Source of the DNA: an uncultured virus (IMG/VR IMGVR_UViG_3300037631_003085)
Lineage: Duplodnaviria > Heunggongvirae > Uroviricota > Caudoviricetes
IMG/VR virus record: IMGVR_UViG_3300037631_003085
Direction: 5' to 3' (one strand)
DNA: 64,000 bases
Shown here: one piece after another, positions 5,749 through 14,654 of the stretch
How the letters are laid out: each line of letters opens with the position of its first letter
Numbering within the stretch: position 1 is the first letter of the stretch
Notes under the pieces: generated by a model
What the model was told of the DNA's origin: nothing
The model's input: the letters and a program-made list of their open reading frames with translations, nothing else
Database searches by the model: none
Translations under genes and position numbers: made by a program

Positions 5749-7863
5749 ATGAGAAGTATGTCAAAAAATAATCTATCCTATTCATCGTTCTGGCTTGATG
5801 AGTCAATCTTCGATGATACTGAGATTTCTTCAGTAGAAAAGAAGTCAAATGACTTAATGAAGTTAATGTCTTACAAACGTAGTATCGCTAACTTCGTTTC
5901 CATCGTAACTGGCAAGTCAATTCCTGTGACCTTTGATGGTCGTGGAGACCAATCCTATACTGATGGTACTGAGGTTGTTATATCGGCTAAGTTAGATGAT
6001 AAAGAGTTCGACCCTGTTGTTGGTCTGGCTCTCCACGAGGGTTCTCACATCGCACTGACTGACTTTACAACACTTACGGAAATGAATCGTGGTTACCTAC
6101 CTACTACTATTGATAAAGAGTGGATGGCTAATCGTTACCAATGTGAGACTGATGAACTTAGTCACATAGTTAGTAACAATCTAAAATCACTTCTTAACTA
6201 CGTTGAAGATAGACGTATTGATAATCACGTTTACACTACGGCGCCTGGCTATCGTGGTTACTACGAGTCTATGTACGATAAGTACTTTCACTCTAAGGTA
6301 ATTGACAAAGGTCTTGAGTCTTCTGAGTATCGTACTGAGGATTGGGATTCTTATATGTTCCGTATCATCAACTTGACTAACGAGAATCGTGACCTCGATG
6401 CTCTTAAAGGTCTTCGTGAGATTTGGAATGTACTTAATCTACGTAACATATCACGACTAAAATCATCGTGGGAAGCTATGGATGTGGCTGGTGAGATTCT
6501 TATGATTGTTGAAAAACAACTTGAGGTTGCCGGTAGTGATACTGGCTCATCGTCTAATGGTGATGGTGAACCACAAGGTGGTGATAGTGAAAATGGTGAG
6601 TCACCTATGAGTGGTGACACTGAGAATAACCCCACTTCTGATGATGGTATGAGTTCTAATGGAAATGGTGAAACATCACCAAGTGACTCCGATGATGGTT
6701 CAGATTCAGATGATGAGTCTACACAAGGTGGGTCTCCAAGTGGTGAAGGTAATCCTAATGGGGCTGGTGGTCAATATGAACCACTCTCAGACCGCCAAAA
6801 GAAAATGTTGGATAACGCTATTGAAAAACAAAAAGAGTTTCAAGAAGGTGATGTTAAGAAGAAGAAGATTTCCAAGTCTGACAAGAATAAGATTGACCAA
6901 TTAGATAAGGCTGATATCAAGTCTGAGGTTACTGGTAAGGGATTCGCCAAAAGTAATTGGTCGGTTGGTTCCAATGGAGTTCAAACCTACATTATTAACA
7001 ATTTAACCCGTGGGTTAATTGATTCGGATATGGTGGGTATGTTGACTAATTCGGAATACAGAACCAGTGGTAGTGATAAGTATATCAAGAAGGGTATTCA
7101 GTTGGGTACTATTCTTGGTAAGAAACTCAAGACTCGTAATGAGGAACGTGTCCTCACTACCCCACGAATGAAGAGTGGTAAGTTGAGTAGTCGTATGATT
7201 CATGAGATTGGGTTTGGTAACTTCGATATCTTTGAACAAACTTTAATAAGTAACGCTACACCGATTGTATTACATATTTCAATTGACGCGAGTTCATCAA
7301 TGAATGGGTCAAAATGGAATAGTACACAAACCGCTGCTGTGGCTATTGCTAAGGCGGCTTCGATGACTGACAACATTGATGTTGTTATTTCGTACCGAGG
7401 TATCTACTACTCACCAGGCAATTGGAGTAAGTGTCAACCACTAATGTTGATTGCATATGATAGTCGTAAAGATAAGTTCTCAAAGATTCAACAATTATTT
7501 AAACACATTCAATCCGATGGTACTACTCCTGAGGGATTGTGTTATGAGGCTGTGATGAATGAGATTACTAAAACCAAATCAGGTGTGGACACATACCTAA
7601 TAAACTTCTCAGATGGTTTTCCTGGTTTTGATAACCAAGAGATTTCTTATGGGGGTCAAGCCGCCAGAAAACATACGGCAGAGCAAGTGTCTAAAATGAG
7701 AAAGGCTGGAGTTAAGGTGTTGTCATATTTCATATCCGAATGGGAGGGGCATGGTACTGATGGGTTTAAACAAATGTATGGAAACGATGCTGAATTTATT
7801 GACACCAATAATATGACCCAACTGGCTAAGACCTTAAATAAGAAGTTTGAAGTTGTTATTTAA
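5749..7863 (+). CDS. CobT-like protein: HExxH metallopeptidase-like domain, acidic linker, C-terminal vWA domain
   Basis: ALHEGSH, NYVEDRRID, low-complexity S/G/D linker, IDASSSM MIDAS, GTTPE, FSDG. Confidence 0.85.
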   Translation: MRSMSKNNLSYSSFWLDESIFDDTEISSVEKKSNDLMKLMSYKRSIANFVSIVTGKSIPVTFDGRGDQSYTDGTEVVISAKLDDKEFDPVVGLALHEGSHIALTDFTTLTEMNRGYLPTTIDKEWMANRYQCETDELSHIVSNNLKSLLNYVEDRRIDNHVYTTAPGYRGYYESMYDKYFHSKVIDKGLESSEYRTEDWDSYMFRIINLTNENRDLDALKGLREIWNVLNLRNISRLKSSWEAMDVAGEILMIVEKQLEVAGSDTGSSSNGDGEPQGGDSENGESPMSGDTENNPTSDDGMSSNGNGETSPSDSDDGSDSDDESTQGGSPSGEGNPNGAGGQYEPLSDRQKKMLDNAIEKQKEFQEGDVKKKKISKSDKNKIDQLDKADIKSEVTGKGFAKSNWSVGSNGVQTYIINNLTRGLIDSDMVGMLTNSEYRTSGSDKYIKKGIQLGTILGKKLKTRNEERVLTTPRMKSGKLSSRMIHEIGFGNFDIFEQTLISNATPIVLHISIDASSSMNGSKWNSTQTAAVAIAKAASMTDNIDVVISYRGIYYSPGNWSKCQPLMLIAYDSRKDKFSKIQQLFKHIQSDGTTPEGLCYEAVMNEITKTKSGVDTYLINFSDGFPGFDNQEISYGGQAARKHTAEQVSKMRKAGVKVLSYFISEWEGHGTDGFKQMYGNDAEFIDTNNMTQLAKTLNKKFEVVI

Positions 7864-7874
7864 TGTTGATAACT

Positions 7875-7930
7875 TTAACATAAACTTAACATTAAAAGTT
7901 TGGATTTATAAAATAAATGTCGTACTTTAG
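7875..7930 (+). promoter_or_regulatory. promoter with TTAACA-N5-TTAACA box
   Basis: TTAACA 7875-7880 and 7886-7891, TTTG 7899-7902, 20-nt spacer, TACTTTAG 7923-7930. Confidence 0.7.
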
Positions 7931-7949
7931 TACTGTAAGATTGAGAGAT

Positions 7950-8168
7950 ATGAGAAAGACAATTGAAGTAAAAAAAGTTTTAGATTACGTTAACAACCAA
8001 CTCCAACGTACTGATGAGTATTGCGATGATAAGTTCAAAGCAGGTATGTGTACAATGATTGAACGAATGTTGTATGATACCAATCAGTATAATGGGTACA
8101 CCCCATTGAATGATGTTAATGTAGGTGAGGTTGGTTATTACAATCGGTTTTATCATATGAAAAGTTAA
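7950..8168 (+). CDS. small hypothetical protein
   Basis: Start moved to ATG 7950 (MRKTIEVKKV) downstream of the promoter. Confidence 0.65.
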   Translation: MRKTIEVKKVLDYVNNQLQRTDEYCDDKFKAGMCTMIERMLYDTNQYNGYTPLNDVNVGEVGYYNRFYHMKS

Positions 8169-8220
8169 CATAAACTTAACATTAAAAGTTTGGAGTTGTG
8201 AACCTAAATCACTATATTTA
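8165..8220 (+). promoter_or_regulatory. promoter with TTAACA-N5-TTAACA box
   Basis: TTAACA 8165-8170 and 8176-8181, TTTG 8189-8192, 20-nt spacer, TATATTTA 8213-8220; first 30 bp identical to 7875-7904. Confidence 0.7.
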
Positions 8221-8248
8221 CAGAGTAATAATTGAGAAATATAAAAAT

Positions 8249-9514
8249 ATGAAGTCACAAAAATCAGTTTTCGGTAAGATTGTAGAAGTAGACAATCAAC
8301 TAATGTTTCAAGACTCCAATGGAGTTAACTTCCTTATTGAGGAATTAAACGAGAAGGGTTCTTCTCTTTACAAACGTGCCAGAGCGGCCGCCAACAATCC
8401 TGCTAAGTGGGGATGGAAGGTTCGTGTCGTTGGTCGATTGTCCGATGGTGAGTTAGGACACACACGTGTTCCATCATCAAAGGTTGAAGATAACCTTGAG
8501 CCTGTTGGTAACTTCAACAATCCAAATGGTGGGTTGTTATCATTGGAGTATAAACCAAAATCACAATCAACACCAATTTCAGTTGAGATGTCAGATGATG
8601 TCCTCAAGTTTATTCACGAGGAGTCTGAAGGTCTTAAACCTCAGATGTTGTTTATGAATCCTTTGAAGTGGAAACTTCTTATTCGTAACATTATCCGTGG
8701 TAAGAATATTATGATGACTGGTCCAGCCGGTTGTGGTAAGACTATGGCTGCTAAGGCTGCTGCCAATTCAATTGAAGGTTACAACACCTTTGTAATTAAC
8801 TTGGGAGCTACCCAAGACCCACGAACCACATTGATTGGGAACACTCAGTTTGAAACCAAGAAAGGTACGGTGTTTAACCCATCACCATTTGTCAAGGCGA
8901 TATCCACTCCAAATACCGTGGTTGTTCTTGATGAGTTGACTCGGGCCCATCCTGAGGCTCACAACATTCTAATGACCGTACTTGACCAAGGTCAACGTTA
9001 CTTACGTCTCGATGAGGCTGCTGACGCTCCTGTTGTTAAGGTCGCCGATGGTGTTTCGTTCATCGCCTCTGCTAACATTGGTAATGAGTACACCGCTACA
9101 CGTTCTCTTGACCGGGCAATTCTTGACCGATTCATTCCAATTGAAATGGATACTTTGACTCGTGATGAGGAAACTCAACTACTTCAAATGATGTACCCAT
9201 CGGTTGATATTGAGATTCTAAATAATGTTGCTGAGGTGACTTCCATGACTCGTAACGAGTTGATGTCTGAGTCTCCAAAGTTATCTAACGCACTATCTAC
9301 ACGGACCGCAGTTGAGATTGGGTCTCTACTCTACGATGGGTTCTCACTAAGTGAGGCTGCAGAGTTGGCTGTTTATCCAATGTTCGACCAAAGTGGTGGG
9401 GCTGAATCTGAAAGAGTTTATATGAAACAATATGTTCAGAAGTTCTTAGGTGAGATTCCTCAAGATGATAACTTGTTCAATGTTGAAACCGAAGATATTT
9501 CTAATCCGTTTTAA
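8249..9514 (+). CDS. MoxR/CobS-like AAA+ ATPase
   Basis: GPAGCGKT Walker A, VVVLDELTRA Walker B, ASANIG, LDRAILDRF; start moved to ATG 8249. Confidence 0.9.
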   Translation: MKSQKSVFGKIVEVDNQLMFQDSNGVNFLIEELNEKGSSLYKRARAAANNPAKWGWKVRVVGRLSDGELGHTRVPSSKVEDNLEPVGNFNNPNGGLLSLEYKPKSQSTPISVEMSDDVLKFIHEESEGLKPQMLFMNPLKWKLLIRNIIRGKNIMMTGPAGCGKTMAAKAAANSIEGYNTFVINLGATQDPRTTLIGNTQFETKKGTVFNPSPFVKAISTPNTVVVLDELTRAHPEAHNILMTVLDQGQRYLRLDEAADAPVVKVADGVSFIASANIGNEYTATRSLDRAILDRFIPIEMDTLTRDEETQLLQMMYPSVDIEILNNVAEVTSMTRNELMSESPKLSNALSTRTAVEIGSLLYDGFSLSEAAELAVYPMFDQSGGAESERVYMKQYVQKFLGEIPQDDNLFNVETEDISNPF

Positions 9515-9516
9515 TC

Positions 9517-9930
9517 ATGGGATATAATCCGTTCAGATGGTATACTAAAGGAAAGAAAAAGCGTTTACCCATTAACGCTCACTTGTTTGACAAGATTAAG
9601 AATGGGGACTTCAATTATTCTCACTATTACACGGAAGCGGAGAGTGCTCGTAAAGAGTACTCTTCCATCTTCCAAAAGACAATGGATGAGACCGGCGACT
9701 ACGCTATGGCTAGAACGGCTGCTAAGATGAAAAACGTAAAGGCCTTGAAACTTGACGAAGAAGCGTTTAAGGATGAACAAAAGTTATTACGTGATTTGAA
9801 GATTGAATTAAGAGAGAAGTTTGGATTTTGTTTGTGGGATGAGATGATGAGTAAAAAAGCAATGGACCTTGAGGAGTTGTATAATTACTATTGTCACGAA
9901 CAAATGAGACGAAATGGTTTGGATGTTTAA
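9517..9930 (+). CDS. hypothetical protein
   Basis: 137-aa ORF coupled to the ATPase gene. Confidence 0.7.
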   Translation: MGYNPFRWYTKGKKKRLPINAHLFDKIKNGDFNYSHYYTEAESARKEYSSIFQKTMDETGDYAMARTAAKMKNVKALKLDEEAFKDEQKLLRDLKIELREKFGFCLWDEMMSKKAMDLEELYNYYCHEQMRRNGLDV

Positions 9931-9949
9931 TATTTTTTTTGTATATTTG
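9918..9949 (+). promoter_or_regulatory. Bacteroidota sigma-A promoter (consensus match)
   Basis: TTTG 9918-9921, 20-nt spacer, TATATTTG 9942-9949 matches TAnnTTTG. Confidence 0.7.
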
Positions 9950-9954
9950 TATAT

Positions 9955-10281
9955 ATGATTTACGACCCTAATAATGAATTAACCGAAGAAGAGATAACTC
10001 AATTGAGTGAAGATGCATTCTTCGAGTATTTAGATACCAAAGCAGAGTATCTTAAAACAAAGACACGACCATTGGGTCAGTATCATACTAAGATGTATGC
10101 AGCATTAAGTAAAGGTGATAAGTTGACAACTAAGGAGTTGAAGAGAGCAAAAGAAATTGGTCAGTTAGGTGACAATGAAGTTAACGAAAAGATTGCTGAG
10201 GCCGCTTCTAAATTGGGTGGCGACCCTAAGTATAACAACGTTGATAACGTAAAGACTAATAGGTCAGAGTGGTTTGATTAG
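9955..10281 (+). CDS. hypothetical protein
   Basis: 108-aa ORF directly after promoter. Confidence 0.7.
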   Translation: MIYDPNNELTEEEITQLSEDAFFEYLDTKAEYLKTKTRPLGQYHTKMYAALSKGDKLTTKELKRAKEIGQLGDNEVNEKIAEAASKLGGDPKYNNVDNVKTNRSEWFD

Positions 10282-10282
10282 T

Positions 10283-10456
10283 ATGGGATTTAATAAAAAA
10301 ACATTACCAAGTAAGGAAAAACTTCAGAGTATGGTTTATGACTATGGAACTGAAGAGGTTGTACTTAGATATAAAAACGCAGATATGTTAATGGGTAATT
10401 CCGATGCTATGGCGTATTTACAAACTATAATAAGAGAGTATGAATTGGGAAGATAA
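10283..10456 (+). CDS. small hypothetical protein (MGFNKK...)
   Basis: Fills the gap; ATG 10283 follows the upstream stop. Confidence 0.55.
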   Translation: MGFNKKTLPSKEKLQSMVYDYGTEEVVLRYKNADMLMGNSDAMAYLQTIIREYELGR

Positions 10457-11069
10457 AGACGAGTTCGAAGATATGTTTTCCGAAGTTAGAAAGCAACTAT
10501 ATAAAGATGATTTTTTTCATTTAATGAATATTGAACACATTGAGAAGTTCCTTGAGTATTTAAGAGATGACTTGTCCAATTCCAATGACGATGACTTATT
10601 GTCCGATGTTCTTATGAAAACTTTTAGGACATATGAAATGTGGGAGACTGATAACGCATTATCTGAATTATCAGACAAGGGGTTGGTACGGATGGTATTA
10701 CGTGCGGATGGTAAGTTGGCTTACGAAGCAACTGACGATGGTGTAGAACTCAATGACTATATTCAATCTATGGCAAGTCATATGGATTATAGAGAAGATA
10801 ATCAAACAGACTATATTATGGATTTAAAATATTCACCTGAAATATTTAGAGTAACTGGTGCTGATGATGCATTAAAATTTGTTGACCATGGAGATAACTT
10901 TGAGTTCATTGTTATCCCCGCTGGAAGACAACACGATGGTGAAGAGTTCGTTGAATTCTATCATACAATTTTCACTCATTATAATGATCCTGGCCCTAAT
11001 GGTCAGTATGAGTTAGTAGACGAGGTTCAGCTCTACGATATGTTAAACAATAATTATAATCAATATTAA
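10440..11069 (+). CDS. hypothetical acidic protein
   Basis: 209-aa ORF. Confidence 0.7.
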   Translation: MNWEDKDEFEDMFSEVRKQLYKDDFFHLMNIEHIEKFLEYLRDDLSNSNDDDLLSDVLMKTFRTYEMWETDNALSELSDKGLVRMVLRADGKLAYEATDDGVELNDYIQSMASHMDYREDNQTDYIMDLKYSPEIFRVTGADDALKFVDHGDNFEFIVIPAGRQHDGEEFVEFYHTIFTHYNDPGPNGQYELVDEVQLYDMLNNNYNQY

Positions 11070-11082
11070 ATAAAAGTAAATT

Positions 11083-11283
11083 ATGAGTTATTACATTGCA
11101 AAAGTAAAGGTTCATCATGAAGATGACAAAGGAAGAGTTAAAAAAGTAACTGAACAATATTTAGTTCAAGCCATATCTGTAACGGATGCTGAAACTAAGG
11201 TTGTTGCTGAATTCGAAGGAAGTAATTTAGAGTTCGAGGTAACTGCTGTCGTTGACACTAAAATTATCAGTGTTATACAATGA
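11083..11283 (+). CDS. DUF4494-like protein
   Basis: KVK......G..KKVTEQYLVQA.S.T.AE pattern of the Bacteroidota DUF4494 family. Confidence 0.7.
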   Translation: MSYYIAKVKVHHEDDKGRVKKVTEQYLVQAISVTDAETKVVAEFEGSNLEFEVTAVVDTKIISVIQ

Positions 11284-11492
11284 TATACTCAGTAGGTGAT
11301 AATGTAGTAGTAAACGTGAACGGCACTAACCGAGTTGGTGCCGTCACGATTGCTAAAAAGCTTAAAAAGGGGTGGGTCTATTCAGTACATTTGGAAAATG
11401 GAAAGACGCTTGAATCATGTTCGGTTAACAAAGAGTTGACAACGTATCACATAAGTCGTACACTTACAAAGATATTTAATAATGGTAATTGA
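11280..11492 (+). CDS. hypothetical protein (SH3/KOW-like)
   Basis: 70 aa, YSVGDNVVV start; overlapping start/stop. Confidence 0.6.
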   Translation: MIYSVGDNVVVNVNGTNRVGAVTIAKKLKKGWVYSVHLENGKTLESCSVNKELTTYHISRTLTKIFNNGN

Positions 11493-11778
11493 TGTTAAGA
11501 AATTTAAATCTTTAAAACGTAAGGTCTTAAAGAAGTACCCATCCGCTAAAACTGAAATGACCACTGATGGTCGTTTTACAATATCAAATGGAAATGGTGG
11601 TTCTATTGGTTTAGAGTTTATGATACCACCACAAGACAGTGTTAGTATGGCGTGGTTTTGGGCAGCAGAGTGTGTTAGGTATAAGCAAAATATTAATAGA
11701 ACACACCCCATACGAAGTGCTATGAGTTTTAACGAGAAAAAGTTTAATAGAGTTTCTCGTAGAAATCGCAGAAAGTGA
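11482..11778 (+). CDS. hypothetical basic protein
   Basis: 98-aa ORF in the operon. Confidence 0.65.
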   Translation: MVIDVKKFKSLKRKVLKKYPSAKTEMTTDGRFTISNGNGGSIGLEFMIPPQDSVSMAWFWAAECVRYKQNINRTHPIRSAMSFNEKKFNRVSRRNRRK

Positions 11779-11829
11779 TTTTATTAAAGTTGTGAAAACT
11801 ATTTATAGTAAATAAACAATTTCTATATA

Positions 11830-12129
11830 ATGAAAAAGCACAACAATAAACAACGTGGGTTTGTAAACCAATCTTATGGAGTTACAGAAAGTGAGGTCGT
11901 TCGACAGGCCAAAGCTTATGGTAAAAATTATAGTTCAATAGACTTCGCTTTTAATCCTGATTTAACAAAGGAAGATTTTCCTATAAAAAATCGTATGGAG
12001 CTTGGGTCGTTAATAGTGGGTAACCATGAAATTGAATTAACAAAGTCGGAAGCAACGAAGATTATTCAAACATTGGAAACTGCTATATCTTCGACTCAAC
12101 AACGATATCGGTTAGGTATTTTAAACTAA
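11830..12129 (+). CDS. hypothetical protein
   Basis: 99-aa ORF preceded by TATTTATA motif at 11800. Confidence 0.65.
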   Translation: MKKHNNKQRGFVNQSYGVTESEVVRQAKAYGKNYSSIDFAFNPDLTKEDFPIKNRMELGSLIVGNHEIELTKSEATKIIQTLETAISSTQQRYRLGILN

Positions 12130-12138
12130 AATTTAAAA

Positions 12139-12507
12139 GTGGGTGATGATGTAATTTCAAGGATACTAACTTCAACGTTGGATACCACTGACCATGGAGA
12201 TGTTTCTGAATTAGCATTATTTTTAGATGATGGGGTCTCTACAATCTTAACGGAACGTAAAGACCCTTACTTCACCATAGCTAAGCAAAAGATAAAACAA
12301 CTCATTACCTTTGCGGACGAATCCCCCTCAGTAGATTACACTAACAAAATGATTAAGAGTCTACTTAGATTGGAGTCTTACATAGCGGACCAAACAATGG
12401 ATTTGGTATTTGTTGAAATTTGTTTAGAGTGTGCTAGGGATAAAAATATAATAACACGAGAGGCTTTAATTTTATTAAATGAGATACATAACTCAATTAA
12501 TAGATAG
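12139..12507 (+). CDS. hypothetical protein
   Basis: 122-aa ORF, GTG start. Confidence 0.6.
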   Translation: MGDDVISRILTSTLDTTDHGDVSELALFLDDGVSTILTERKDPYFTIAKQKIKQLITFADESPSVDYTNKMIKSLLRLESYIADQTMDLVFVEICLECARDKNIITREALILLNEIHNSINR

Positions 12508-12539
12508 TTATAGTAAACGGAAGGGATATTGGTGTTATT

Positions 12540-12899
12540 ATGGAAAATTATTTTGGAGAATGGCATTGGGATGAATCTGAATATAACTTCTTTATGTCAC
12601 TTGGGGTTGTAGCCAAATTAGAATACGTATACGATTACTTTAATATATCGGATGACGTTCTTTTTGAGTTTGAGGTTGACGATGAATTTGACATTGACGA
12701 TGAACATACATCAGCTACGTCTATTGATGTAGTTATTACTGATACACATTTTCTTTTAACGTGTAATGACTATGATATAGCTATGAAAACAATAAGCACG
12801 TTTCAAATGGATGGTTATATATTGACGTTTGATAAGAAAAAAGGTGACACTTATTTCTATAAATGTATAGGAATGTCACAACCACTATCGGTAAACTGA
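12540..12899 (+). CDS. hypothetical acidic protein
   Basis: 119-aa ORF. Confidence 0.65.
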   Translation: MENYFGEWHWDESEYNFFMSLGVVAKLEYVYDYFNISDDVLFEFEVDDEFDIDDEHTSATSIDVVITDTHFLLTCNDYDIAMKTISTFQMDGYILTFDKKKGDTYFYKCIGMSQPLSVN

Positions 12900-12979
12900 C
12901 ATCGTGTCATGAAATAATCAATTGGTCTACATATTGTTCTATTGTTAATGTATTAATAAATTAATAAAAGGAATATAAT

Positions 12980-13324
12980 ATGACGTTTAATAGACTAAAC
13001 ACAATGGTCTCCGACTTTATGTTGGGGGAGTGGGGGAATGAAGCAGGCCTTAATTCAAATACTGCTTTTTTAAAAGATGATGTACTAACTATGGAATTCG
13101 CAGTGCCTGGATTGTCCAATGAAGACATCGATGTTATTGTTGCTGACCGAATGATTGAAATCAAAGCTGAAAAGGAACATCGTAAATTGGAAAAGAGATA
13201 CAAGATACATGATGCGTTTGATATAAATAAAACATCTGCTGTTGCTAAGGATGGGTTACTTATTGTATCAATACCTAAGTATGAGGACCGTAAGGCTAAA
13301 TCGATAAAAGTAAAAGTTAAATAG
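12980..13324 (+). CDS. small heat-shock protein (Hsp20/alpha-crystallin)
   Basis: FAVPGLSNEDIDV and A..KDGLLIVSIPK motifs, C-terminal IKV. Confidence 0.9.
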   Translation: MTFNRLNTMVSDFMLGEWGNEAGLNSNTAFLKDDVLTMEFAVPGLSNEDIDVIVADRMIEIKAEKEHRKLEKRYKIHDAFDINKTSAVAKDGLLIVSIPKYEDRKAKSIKVKVK

Positions 13325-13521
13325 TGTATAGATTCTTCAGGTCGCAAAAAGTTACGTTTAATGATAAGTTGTTCATCGTGGTTAAAAAAATTAAAATTGA
13401 CCGAAATCCGATAATTGATGTATGGAAGGAACACCTTAACGCTGATACTGTTTTAAAAAGAGATGGATACTATTGGTTTTGTGAGGAAATTCCTTCAATT
13501 GACTTTGAAGAATTAACATAA
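13324..13521 (+). CDS. small hypothetical protein
   Basis: 65 aa, GTG start overlapping the Hsp20 stop. Confidence 0.6.
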   Translation: MYRFFRSQKVTFNDKLFIVVKKIKIDRNPIIDVWKEHLNADTVLKRDGYYWFCEEIPSIDFEELT

Positions 13522-13568
13522 ATTTAACATAGGGGGCTTGTATAGTCCCCTTTTTTTTTGTACATTTA
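13513..13568 (+). promoter_or_regulatory. promoter with TTAACA-N5-TTAACA box, overlapping a terminator
   Basis: TTAACA 13513-13518 and 13524-13529, TTG 13538-13540, 20-nt spacer, TACATTTA 13561-13568. Confidence 0.7.
13531..13559 (+). terminator. intrinsic terminator
   Basis: AGGGGGCT-TGTAT-AGTCCCCT stem followed by a T run. Confidence 0.75.
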
Positions 13569-13587
13569 CATAGTAAATAAGAAACAT

Positions 13588-14517
13588 ATGACAAACCTCG
13601 GATATTGCTGTATCAACATGACCCTTCGTAAGGACAAGATTACTACCAATCGTAGTATGATTAAAAAAACATTCCTTAAAGAAGGTATCAGTAGGTCATC
13701 AGACCTTGCATTACAAAATGCTAAAGACCTTGTAGAGATTATCAAATGGAACGAACGTAATGGTTTCAAACTATTCCGTATGTCGTCTGACTTAGTTCCA
13801 TGGGCTAGTGAGTTCAAGTTATCAGATATGCCAGACTATACTAAGTTTAGTAATGTACTCAAGGGTGCAGGTACTTTAGCTAAGTCGTATGGTCAACGTA
13901 TCACTTCACATCCTGGCCCATTCAATGTATTGGTGTCACCTAATGATAGAGTTGTAGATAACACGATTAGAGACCTTTCAATACACGGAGAACACTTTGA
14001 CCTTATGGGGTTAGAGAGAAGTCATCAGAACCCTATTAACATCCATTGTAATGGTGTCTATGGTGATAAGATGTCTGCTATGAATCGTTTCATCACAAAC
14101 TTCAAGAGATTGCCTGAGTCAGTCCAATCACGATTGGTTGTTGAGAACGATGACAAAGCAAGTATGTACTCAGTCAAAGACCTTATGTACCTACACGAAC
14201 ATATTGGTATTCCGATTACGTTTGACTATCACCACCACAAATTCAATACCGGTGGGTTGTCTGAACAAGAAGCACTTGAGTTGGCTATGTCAACGTGGGG
14301 TGACTACAAACCCTTAGTCCATTACTCTGAATCACGTCTATTGGAACAAGAAGGTGTAAAAGCACAAGCACATTCTGATTTTATCTATTCTGAAATCAAT
14401 ACATATGGTCATTCTTTAGACATTGAGGTCGAGGCTAAGATGAAGGAGTTGACTGTGTTAGATTATCTTTCCAATTTTGGTACACATCCAAAAGGGCATA
14501 GTATGGGGAAAGCTTGA
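13588..14517 (+). CDS. uvsE: UV-damage endonuclease
   Basis: LGYCC, FRMSSDLVP, HPGPF, IHCNG, LVVENDD, FDYHHH, HYSES, HSD, EAKMKE; start moved to ATG 13588. Confidence 0.92.
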   Translation: MTNLGYCCINMTLRKDKITTNRSMIKKTFLKEGISRSSDLALQNAKDLVEIIKWNERNGFKLFRMSSDLVPWASEFKLSDMPDYTKFSNVLKGAGTLAKSYGQRITSHPGPFNVLVSPNDRVVDNTIRDLSIHGEHFDLMGLERSHQNPINIHCNGVYGDKMSAMNRFITNFKRLPESVQSRLVVENDDKASMYSVKDLMYLHEHIGIPITFDYHHHKFNTGGLSEQEALELAMSTWGDYKPLVHYSESRLLEQEGVKAQAHSDFIYSEINTYGHSLDIEVEAKMKELTVLDYLSNFGTHPKGHSMGKA

Positions 14518-14654
14518 TTTAATTAATTTATTAATTATTTTCCTGATATTTATACCTATCAGGTGGTTAACTTGGCTTGAGCTGCTTAGCGAAAACGTAG
14601 TTTAATAATAAGTACAACTCCTGAAGTTAGTAAAACCAATTTGTGGAAAAATAA

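Noticed and set aside
5749..9514. Cobalamin biosynthesis (cobS/cobT) annotation
   Set aside because: No cobN or other cob genes in the window; a generic MoxR/vWA pair fits better
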